A stretch of DNA of 44,583 nt from Candidatus Heimdallarchaeota archaeon (lineage in GTDB: Archaea > Asgardarchaeota > Heimdallarchaeia > Heimdallarchaeales > Heimdallarchaeaceae): NCBI GenBank assembly GCA_016839945.1, contig JAEOTE010000161.1, positions 1 to 44,583 of the forward strand, given 5' to 3'. This document shows positions 10,314 through 17,748 of this stretch, in pieces. The position numbers and the translations under genes are program-made. A model generated the notes under the pieces. It was not told the origin of the DNA. It worked only from the letters and a program-made list of their open reading frames with translations, and did no database searches. Position 1 is the first letter of the stretch. Each line of letters starts with the position of its first letter.

Positions 10314-10556
10314 TCATTCAATTTCTGGTTCTTTAAGTAACTTCCAAGCAAAACCAACAGAAGTCCATTTTTTCTCTACATAACCTTGTTCTGCTAATTC
10401 TTTCCCGGCTAACATTACATCCCCTCCAGATGTACATCCTGCACATAAATCAGGGAATAAATCCCTCATAGCCAAAATCTCTTTTGTAGTAGCAGGATTT
10501 TGTTTTTTAAGTATCTCAATAACACACTTAATATTACGATCTTTGAAGTTGCTCAT
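10314..10556 (-). CDS. Small winged-helix-like protein with three Cys (C11, CxxC)
   Basis: ILKKQNPATTKEI...ELAEQGYVEK...WKL pattern; ends 12 bp upstream of sufS on the same strand. Confidence 0.7.
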   Translation of the reverse strand: MSNFKDRNIKCVIEILKKQNPATTKEILAMRDLFPDLCAGCTSGGDVMLAGKELAEQGYVEKKWTSVGFAWKLLKEPEIE

Positions 10557-10627
10557 GATATCAAATAACCAATTTTTGTAAGTAATTTAAATTATTCTAC
10601 TAAAACACATTGAATAACCAAAACGTC

Positions 10628-11554
10628 TCAATTAAAAAAATCTGATAAGGATTTCTGACCTTTTAATTTCAAAGGTTTAGAAGAGAAGAAAAGTATATTT
10701 CCAATTATTTTGTTAAGATTGGTTACGTAATAACTGTTATTTATTGCAGTAACTAGGAGTTTACCTTTCATACCAATTATCTCTCCAACGACCTGTAGAG
10801 TTTTTTCAACATCATTAAAAATGGGGTTAACTGAGAGTGAAGGTATGTTGCCATAAAAGGGAGTTAAATCTGTTTCATTATGTAGCAAGTCTGATTCATG
10901 TGATTCGTATGTTGATTTTTCTAGTAGTTCTTTTACTTGTTTTATTATCTCTCTGAACATTGGTAAAGATCTTGTAAGATCATAATTCAATGTTTTTGCT
11001 TTTTGTGTTTTTCTTATTGTTTGGGGAATACTCAATGTAGAAGATACCATTTTTTCAAGTTCTCGAGCTTCAAATCCATTCTTTGCTCGAAAAACTTCTA
11101 TAGCCTTGTCAGCTCCTTGATTCACCCAACGTTTTAAAGGATTAAAGGATACACCAACTTTAATGTTATTTGCTATTAAAGCTAGGTAGACAGAACAAGG
11201 ATGTGTTTTACAATACTCATAAGCTGCAGGATTTTGAGAACAATTACCAAAGGGTTTTGAAGCATCACAAAATAAAAAGCATTTCTCAAAATCTGATTGT
11301 TCACAATTATAACATCTCACATATTGATTTTCCACAAAATTTGAACAGAGATAATATTCCTTTTTATTGAGAGAATGACCAATACATACTCTTTCTTTAG
11401 TAACTTCTACGTTGAATTCTTGATTAGGAATTATAGGCTTCTTATAAACTGTTTTTGGATCTTCGTCCATATTTCGTAAAAAAAGGAATGAATAGGGAGG
11501 AGTATCTGGATCCCATTTAACAGCAACTAGATGTTCTCTCAAAATAATCTCCAT
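10628..11554 (-). CDS. DUF2797-family protein (Cys-rich, GIY-YIG-like core, C-terminal PIP box)
   Basis: R.CIG...C...CYNC...C, VYLA...IKVGVS...RW.NQGA, G.IIG.KG, C-terminal QKSLSDFF. Confidence 0.8.
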   Translation of the reverse strand: MEIILREHLVAVKWDPDTPPYSFLFLRNMDEDPKTVYKKPIIPNQEFNVEVTKERVCIGHSLNKKEYYLCSNFVENQYVRCYNCEQSDFEKCFLFCDASKPFGNCSQNPAAYEYCKTHPCSVYLALIANNIKVGVSFNPLKRWVNQGADKAIEVFRAKNGFEARELEKMVSSTLSIPQTIRKTQKAKTLNYDLTRSLPMFREIIKQVKELLEKSTYESHESDLLHNETDLTPFYGNIPSLSVNPIFNDVEKTLQVVGEIIGMKGKLLVTAINNSYYVTNLNKIIGNILFFSSKPLKLKGQKSLSDFFN

Positions 11555-11556
11555 TG

Positions 11557-12999
11557 TTATTTTTCAGCTAATACAAGAATGTTATCCTCGCCTTTATCCA
11601 ACTTCTTTTGGCATTCATCATAAATTGAATATATTTTTTCTTTTAATTTATCAGATATTATCCCTTTTTGAGCTAATTCGTTAATTACGCCTTCGTCTTT
11701 GGTCTCAATTTCGTCTTCTTTTCTAACAAGCATTAATCCTAAATCTATATATCGAAGTTTTCCCCCATTACATAACTCAATTGGAGTAATTACTTTGATT
11801 ATTTCACCTATTGTAGAATCTTTTCTTTGTATTTTAATGTGAATTGACCAACTGCCTTCTTTTGCTACTACTATAGATGTGTCACCTTGTTGGATTTCTT
11901 CGCTTAAACCATAATGTAATCCTCGTGATGAACGGAAACTTCGTTTAATTATTAAACAATCGTCTAACCAGTTCAACTGCCCAAGTATTCTTTCTTGAGG
12001 TGGAGATGTTAATTTATATTCTTCTAGATGAATTAATGCGTTTTCAGCAAAATCATTCTCTAAAATGGTTTGTTTCAGAACTGAGGAAATTTTCTCACCG
12101 TTTGCTTCTGAGGAAATTCTTTCAGCAAAGGTTGTAGTTAGCTTTAATTCTGCTGAATAAGACATAAACCAATGATGCATTGGGATTGTTGGAACTACTT
12201 CTGCCCTGATTGAAGTCAATTTGTCTTTAGCATCTTTCACAAACAATGCATGTGCCACAGTATATCCTGGTTGGAGAATACCTGGACCATACGAAGATCC
12301 AGATATGAGTAAATCTAATTCTTCAGCTCTATGAACTAGTTGCTCTATATCTGCTTGGATAGCTTCTACTGAAGCTTTAGTTGCACTTGTTCTCATTATT
12401 AATCCGTGATCATGAGGTCTAAGTTGTTTTCCTAATGAAAATAACTTATCCCTATCATCTTTTGGTAATTTTCTGGAAACACGAACAAAATTTGCGTCTC
12501 TTTCTAATATTACTGCTTGACCTGGAAAATGAATAACTGTAGAGCATACTGGAAGTTGATTCTCGAATATGTTCAATTGCTTAATTTGAACTATAACTTT
12601 TTGTCCTCTATGAAAGTCAGCACCAAATAGAATTGCATTAATTTCTTCTCCAATATCAACTACAGAAAGGTTTTTTTCAGGATTTACATGAATAACTTTT
12701 CCGTTATACACTGCATGTAATTGTACAGGATGTTTTAGAATGATTGAATTTGGAACCTCTTTCAGAAGCAAATTAGTGATTGTTAAAACATATTCTTCAT
12801 CTCCCTCTATTGAAATACCATATCCATCTAAAACATCTTGAATTTCAACATCATATGGATCAATCTTTTCCTCAATTCCAAAGACCTTTGATTGTTCTGG
12901 AAGAGGTTGAATAAGTACATAATTAAGATTATCTGATATCATTTTAATGAGAGCGATATCATAAATACTTCTAACTCGAAAGGTTGGAGAAACCATCAT
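11557..12999 (-). CDS. fau-1: RNA-binding protein/ribonuclease FAU-1 (RNase E/G-like region plus DUF402 domain)
   Basis: N-terminal RVRSIYDIAL (cf. RVRGIYSTAL), S1-like region, VSRKL..G..RTSA, HH, C-terminal TPIE...RYIDL; AGGTGA SD. Confidence 0.8.
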   Translation of the reverse strand: MMVSPTFRVRSIYDIALIKMISDNLNYVLIQPLPEQSKVFGIEEKIDPYDVEIQDVLDGYGISIEGDEEYVLTITNLLLKEVPNSIILKHPVQLHAVYNGKVIHVNPEKNLSVVDIGEEINAILFGADFHRGQKVIVQIKQLNIFENQLPVCSTVIHFPGQAVILERDANFVRVSRKLPKDDRDKLFSLGKQLRPHDHGLIMRTSATKASVEAIQADIEQLVHRAEELDLLISGSSYGPGILQPGYTVAHALFVKDAKDKLTSIRAEVVPTIPMHHWFMSYSAELKLTTTFAERISSEANGEKISSVLKQTILENDFAENALIHLEEYKLTSPPQERILGQLNWLDDCLIIKRSFRSSRGLHYGLSEEIQQGDTSIVVAKEGSWSIHIKIQRKDSTIGEIIKVITPIELCNGGKLRYIDLGLMLVRKEDEIETKDEGVINELAQKGIISDKLKEKIYSIYDECQKKLDKGEDNILVLAEK

Positions 13000-13089
13000 T
13001 TATCACCTTTAGGCAAAGTAGGATAATATTGAATAAAAAGTTAATGAAATCAAAGTCTCTTTAAATCACTATTCGAAGATTAGAAAAAT

Positions 13090-13172
13090 TGGAGCCAAGA
13101 CGGGGATTTGAACCCCGGCGGCTAATGCCAGTGGTTTTCGAGACCACCACCGTACCACTTGGTTATCTTGGC
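13090..13172 (-). tRNA. tRNA-Ser(CGA), class II, encoded CCA
   Basis: GCCAAGA/TCTTGGC acceptor stem; GTGGT-CT-CGA-AA-ACCAC anticodon arm; variable arm GGC-ATTA-GCC; CGGGG-TTCAAAT-CCCCG T arm; T73 then CCA. Confidence 0.92.
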
Positions 13173-13262
13173 TCATAAGCGGTTTCGCATGATATAATAG
13201 TAATAAAATGCTTGTAAAAGGATAGTAAAGGAGTTAAAAAATCTTCGTTTAAGAAATATTAT

Positions 13263-13859
13263 CTAGAGTCGTATAAATTTCATGTTTCCACATTCAGGAC
13301 ATCCTTTTGTTCCACATTCTGAACAGATAATATAAGCACACTTTGCACATTTCGATGTAGCTGTGTTTCCACATTTTGTACATTTCTTAATTAGAATTTT
13401 ACTTCTCATTTTATAAATAACATAGATTGTACCAACGCCAAGTCCTAAACCTGCAATTACTGCAAATGCTATAAGAAAAATCCTTCCCACAGATCTATCA
13501 GGAGAAGTATCTTTAACAATTTTAACTATTTTTGTGTCATAATATTCGATTACACTTGGTACACCATCGTTTTGAACGGTCCAAGTAATATATGGTTTAA
13601 CTTCTCCAATTTTCATACCAACAAGTTCATCAATAAAATTTTTGTTGATGTAATTTTCATTTACTGTAACTTCAAATGGTCCTTCTTCTGTATATTCGCT
13701 AGTAAATTCTCCATCAATATAGCTAGTAAATGCAACTTCAATCACATCTTCGTATTCAACTCCTAAGAGATCATCATATGCTTGTGTCTTTGAGAGTGAA
13801 GGTATAAAGACCATAGCTAGGATGATTAGAAGCACGAAATTTCGTGTACTCTTTTTCAT
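13263..13859 (-). CDS. Signal peptide - FKBP-like domain - TM - C8 zinc finger protein (paralogue A)
   Basis: Start revised to ATG 13859 (MKKSTRNF) by promoter spacing. FKBP-like D.I.V.F..Y.DG..PF...ELVGMKIGE.K, a TM, and C-x2-C-x7-C-x2-C-x4-C-x2-C-x4-C-x2-C. Confidence 0.85.
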   Translation of the reverse strand: MKKSTRNFVLLIILAMVFIPSLSKTQAYDDLLGVEYEDVIEVAFTSYIDGEFTSEYTEEGPFEVTVNENYINKNFIDELVGMKIGEVKPYITWTVQNDGVPSVIEYYDTKIVKIVKDTSPDRSVGRIFLIAFAVIAGLGLGVGTIYVIYKMRSKILIKKCTKCGNTATSKCAKCAYIICSECGTKGCPECGNMKFIRL

Positions 13860-13881
13860 CGAATATCTTGATGAATAGAAA

Positions 13882-13896
13882 CTTAAAAAAATTTCG
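13882..13896 (-). promoter_or_regulatory. BRE-TATA promoter (CGAAA-N3-TTTTAAG), leaderless, for paralogue A
   Basis: TATA ends ~23 nt before ATG 13859; same motif and spacing as at 14541-14555. Confidence 0.7.
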
Positions 13897-13918
13897 AAGA
13901 ATGAGAGGAATATCAATA

Positions 13919-14518
13919 TTAGAATTTTAACATAGTACGACTCTTACAATAAGGACACCCATTAGAATAGCATCTTTCACAAAAAGTTCTACCGCATTTC
14001 TTACAAGTTCCAACAGCGACTATTTTACATATAACGCATTTTTTAGCAAATACAGTTTTTCTTGCCTTATAAGCTAAATAACCAAAACCAGCAGCTGCTC
14101 CTAATCCTCCAATTACTGAAAGAGCTATGATAACCCCCCTACCAATTGGTTTTTCCGGTGTAGAATCTACTATTATTCGATATATTGTTGTATCAAAATA
14201 TTCTACAGTCGTTATTGTCCCATTTTGATAGTCAATTAACCAAGTGATATATGATTTTGTTTCGCCTACTTTCAATCCAATAACAGCATCTACTAAAATC
14301 CTGTTAACTATGTATTCATTTACTTGAAATCTAAAAGGAGCTAGTTCAGTGAATTCGCCAACAAGTTCTGAATCCATATAGATATCACAAGTAACGTCAA
14401 TGACATCATCATATTCAATTCCATTAATATCGCTATAAGCTTGTGTTGTTGTTAAAATAGAAATCATTAGTAATAGAGTAATTCCCAAAATAAGGAATTT
14501 TCGTGTCACAATATTCAT
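13919..14518 (-). CDS. Signal peptide - FKBP-like domain - TM - C8 zinc finger protein (paralogue B)
   Basis: Same architecture; AVIGLKVGETKSYITW; CVIC-x7-CKKCGRTFCERCYSNGCPYC. Confidence 0.85.
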   Translation of the reverse strand: MNIVTRKFLILGITLLLMISILTTTQAYSDINGIEYDDVIDVTCDIYMDSELVGEFTELAPFRFQVNEYIVNRILVDAVIGLKVGETKSYITWLIDYQNGTITTVEYFDTTIYRIIVDSTPEKPIGRGVIIALSVIGGLGAAAGFGYLAYKARKTVFAKKCVICKIVAVGTCKKCGRTFCERCYSNGCPYCKSRTMLKF

Positions 14519-14540
14519 TGTGGAGAGGGAATTAAAATAA

Positions 14541-14555
14541 CTTAAAAGAATTTCG
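14541..14555 (-). promoter_or_regulatory. BRE-TATA promoter (CGAAA-N3-TTTTAAG), leaderless, for paralogue B
   Basis: TATA ends ~23 nt before ATG 14518. Confidence 0.7.
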
Positions 14556-14568
14556 AAGAAGAAGAGAA

Positions 14569-15225
14569 TTAAGATTTAAATCTTAATAAGGTTCTACTCT
14601 TGCAAGCGGGACATCCATTGGAATAACATTTTTCACAGAAGTTTTCACCGCATTTCTTACATGCTCCAATAGCTAATGTTTTGCAGACCATACATTTCTT
14701 TCCTAAAATTCGTGGATATAATTTGTATCCTCCATAAACCAGAAATACTACCGCAGCAGCTCCTAAAAGACCTCCTGCTATTCGTATGAAATAATAACCA
14801 AAGGAACCGGGGAGAAAACCATTTGTATTAAGATCTGTATAGTAAATATTGTTTAACATAACAACTTTCAAATCGTTATAATATAGAGTAGTATTAAACA
14901 GATAACCATATGTGGGATCAGAAATTGGAAATCCCCTTTCTGGGGGGATAACAGCATCTTTTATTTCCCCTAGTTTCATATCTACTAATTCATCATATAT
15001 ACCAGGAGGAGAGATAGTAGGATTTAGAAATACTTTTTCCGGCTCTTCTTCAGTCTTAACCTCAACTAATGTGCCAATAGCTACCAACCTATAACTGAAA
15101 CCAATCAAATCACCAGGTTTAGCAACAGGTATGGCTGCTTTAGACATTTTTAATGAAGAGGAGAAGGATAAACCTATGGTTAATAAGGCGATTAAAACTG
15201 ATAAGATTATAATGGATCTTCTCAT
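14569..15225 (-). CDS. Signal peptide - FKBP-like domain - TM - C8 zinc finger protein (paralogue C)
   Basis: Most FKBP/SlyD-like copy: AKPGDLIGFSYRL...PGIYDELVDMKLGEIKDAVIPPERGF; CMVC-x7-CKKCGENFCEKCYSNGCPAC. Confidence 0.85.
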   Translation of the reverse strand: MRRSIIILSVLIALLTIGLSFSSSLKMSKAAIPVAKPGDLIGFSYRLVAIGTLVEVKTEEEPEKVFLNPTISPPGIYDELVDMKLGEIKDAVIPPERGFPISDPTYGYLFNTTLYYNDLKVVMLNNIYYTDLNTNGFLPGSFGYYFIRIAGGLLGAAAVVFLVYGGYKLYPRILGKKCMVCKTLAIGACKKCGENFCEKCYSNGCPACKSRTLLRFKS

Positions 15226-15248
15226 TAATTGAGAGTCAAAACAGAACT

Positions 15249-15263
15249 ATTAAAAATTTATCG
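15249..15263 (-). promoter_or_regulatory. BRE-TATA promoter (CGATA-N2-TTTTTAAT) for paralogue C
   Basis: TATA ends ~24 nt before ATG 15225. Confidence 0.55.
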
Positions 15264-15376
15264 AATTAAGAAAAAAGCTTAAACTTCCCTAAACCGTAAT
15301 TTGTTGCTTTTTAGTATACTAAACGACATGTTTAAAAGAGATATTTTTAGAAAAGAAACGGAAAAACTAAAATTGA

Positions 15377-15483
15377 GGGGCAGTAGTTTAGCTCGGTCGA
15401 TGATCGTGGACTGTCAAACTTTTTGCTGTTGCAAAAAATGCTGAACTCCATGGACCCGGGTTCAAATCCCGGCTGCCTCGCCA
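15377..15483 (+). tRNA. tRNA-Asp(GTC) with 29-nt intron at 37/38 (15417-15445), encoded CCA
   Basis: GGGGCAG/CTGCCTC acceptor; GTGGA-CT-GTC-A^C-TCCAT; CCGGG-TTCAAAT-CCCGG; G73-CCA. The intron has a TTTTTGC/GCAAAAA hairpin and a relaxed bulge-helix-bulge. Confidence 0.9.
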
Positions 15484-15544
15484 TTTTAAAACATTTATTT
15501 GTTTCTAGAGATTTTCTTTCAGTAAAGATGTTAAATAAAAAAAA

Positions 15545-16150
15545 TTAATTTGAACTTAAATCTACTCTTTTTTGTTCTACTGCTTTCATTAGTTCTATCG
15601 CAAATGTAACAAAAGCTTCTTCTACTTTTTCACCTGTTTTTGCAGAAGTGATGAAAAATGAATCTTTTGGAATGTTGAGCTCCCTAACCATATTTTCAAT
15701 ACTTTCATCGGAAACAGCAATTTGTTCCTTGAGATCAGCTTTGTTTCCGATCAAGAAATATATTACTTCCTCTTCTACGCCTTCTAGACCCTTTTGCCAT
15801 TCCTTTATAGAAGCAAGAGTGTTACTGCGAGTTAGATCAAAAACTAGAAAACAACCTCGTGCCCCTCGATAAAATTTTTCTCTAACTGAAGCAAATCTTT
15901 CTTGTCCACCAATGTCGCTTATTAAGAAAAGTACTTCATCTTTTATAGATTCTTCAGAGGAATCTGTGTTTTTCTTTTCTCTTTCAACAAATAGTTGTTT
16001 ACTTAGAATATCAACCCCTATAGTCATCAAATAAGATGCTTGAAATCTGTTGTGAACAAATCTAGTTATAAGAGAACTTTTACCTACACCTGGATCACCT
16101 AGTAACACGATTTTGAAGATATATTTCTTCTCTTGCACCTCTTCTGTCAT
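15545..16150 (-). CDS. Rab-like small GTPase (Ras superfamily)
   Basis: FKIVLLGDPGVGKS, TIGVD, DIGGQERF, FYRGA, LVFDLT, GNKAD, TSAKTG; no C-terminal Cys. Confidence 0.95.
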   Translation of the reverse strand: MTEEVQEKKYIFKIVLLGDPGVGKSSLITRFVHNRFQASYLMTIGVDILSKQLFVEREKKNTDSSEESIKDEVLFLISDIGGQERFASVREKFYRGARGCFLVFDLTRSNTLASIKEWQKGLEGVEEEVIYFLIGNKADLKEQIAVSDESIENMVRELNIPKDSFFITSAKTGEKVEEAFVTFAIELMKAVEQKRVDLSSN

Positions 16151-16200
16151 GATTATCCCCTATTGTTCTCTTGTTTTCTTACTTATTATTAATCTTTTTA

Positions 16201-16656
16201 TCATTTCTGAAAGTTCTCTACTATTGGTTTTGCTTCATCATCAGATAATTGTGCTTTTGGAACAAGAGTCATTAATTGATCATCAGGGTACCTAGGTATT
16301 AAGTGAAAATGAATGTGTTCTATAATTTGTCCTGCATCCTTCCCATTACTTTGTAATATGTTTAAACCTGTAGCATTTACTGCACCCCTAAGTTTTTTTG
16401 CAATCATGGGGAGTTTTTTTAAAAACCCCATTTTATTCTCTGATATATCGTATAAAGTTGAAACATGCTCTTTTGGAATGTAGAGAGTATGTCCTTTTGA
16501 GGCGGGATAAAGATCTAAGAACACTAAGATTTCATCATCTTCATATAGAGTATGGCTTGGTAACTCTTTTCTTACTATTTTGCAAAATATACATTCATCA
16601 TTCATCTTTATCATTTCACTGTCTTTTCGATTTAGTGTACCACGACACTTTTTCAA
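16201..16656 (-). CDS. HIT family nucleotide hydrolase (Hint-like)
   Basis: CIFCKIV, GHTL.IPK.H, AGQ.I.HIHFHLIPR. The true start is probably 16605 or 16614. Confidence 0.92.
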   Translation of the reverse strand: MKKCRGTLNRKDSEMIKMNDECIFCKIVRKELPSHTLYEDDEILVFLDLYPASKGHTLYIPKEHVSTLYDISENKMGFLKKLPMIAKKLRGAVNATGLNILQSNGKDAGQIIEHIHFHLIPRYPDDQLMTLVPKAQLSDDEAKPIVENFQK

Positions 16657-16688
16657 TTTTATTGTGCTATTATTGATTTTGATGCAGA

Positions 16689-17747
16689 TTAAGAGTATTG
16701 CAATCCTTTATCTTGACACACTAAATACGCATCTCCCCCACCTTTTGAAATAGATTCTATAACTTCTTTTTCTTTTCCTGGAGCATATGCGAGAAAAGAT
16801 CCACCATTACCACTCCCTAATAGTTTACAACCTAGAGCACCCGCTTCTTTGGATTTTTCTATCAAATTTTGCATTTTTCTAGTAACGTTCTCAAAATACT
16901 TTTGCTGGAAAGTATTGTGGTTGTTTATTAATTCAGAGAACTTGTCTTTTTGTGTTCCTCCTTGCTTCATTAGGTGATATCCTTTTCTAACAACATCACG
17001 AATCCCACAAATTCCAATCAATCTTCTTAATCCTACAGTTGAGTTTTTTTTGTAGATTTCTTGTATTTCTTTTAATGGAAAATTTAGTAAATTGAAATTC
17101 TGGTTTTCTTTTTTTATTTCCTCAATTCCTTGCTTTATCTCATTTTTTCTTTTTCGGATTGTTTCTACAGTTTCTTTTCTTTCAAGACTATCTCCTATCA
17201 CTAGGCTAGAAAAATCTACGTTCAATTTCTCAAAAAAATAAGGATCTCTACATTCTAGATACAATACATTACCAAAAATACTTGCAAAGTGATCCATCAT
17301 ACCTCCTGCTTCGCCTAAATTCACAACTTCAGCTGAATATGCTTTCAAAGCTAATTCTTTTTTAGAGGAATTGAGTTTAGCAGCCTTATCGAAAAATGCA
17401 ACTAATGCTGAACAAAAAGCTGATGATGATGAAAGCCCTTTTCCTATGAGGATTGTGGAACTTACATCTATCTCTGCTCCAAAATTTCTCTTTAAGAAAG
17501 GTTGGTAAAGATTGAATGAAGAAGCAATATAATCCCTTTTTGACTTTATTGTTTGTAATTCATTGTTAAATTCAAGTTCTTTATTGGAATCTTTCAGATT
17601 TATACTGATTTTTCCATTATCAGTTATTCTTCCTTTAACTGTTATTCTTCTATCAACTGCAAGTGTTATAACTTCCAAGTTCATATAGTCAACATCTTCA
17701 CCAAAAAGACATACTCTTCCAGGAGTAGAAACAGATATTTCTCTCAT
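16689..17747 (-). CDS. GHMP-family sugar kinase, galactokinase-like, substrate uncertain
   Basis: PGRVCLFGEDVDY, GKGLSSSSA, GGMMD, GALGCKLLGSGNGG. Confidence 0.85.
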   Translation of the reverse strand: MREISVSTPGRVCLFGEDVDYMNLEVITLAVDRRITVKGRITDNGKISINLKDSNKELEFNNELQTIKSKRDYIASSFNLYQPFLKRNFGAEIDVSSTILIGKGLSSSSAFCSALVAFFDKAAKLNSSKKELALKAYSAEVVNLGEAGGMMDHFASIFGNVLYLECRDPYFFEKLNVDFSSLVIGDSLERKETVETIRKRKNEIKQGIEEIKKENQNFNLLNFPLKEIQEIYKKNSTVGLRRLIGICGIRDVVRKGYHLMKQGGTQKDKFSELINNHNTFQQKYFENVTRKMQNLIEKSKEAGALGCKLLGSGNGGSFLAYAPGKEKEVIESISKGGGDAYLVCQDKGLQYS

Positions 17748-17748
17748 G

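Noticed and set aside
13090-15483. Integrated element between tRNA-Ser and tRNA-Asp
   Set aside because: No integrase and no duplicated tRNA 3' end (att site) seen.
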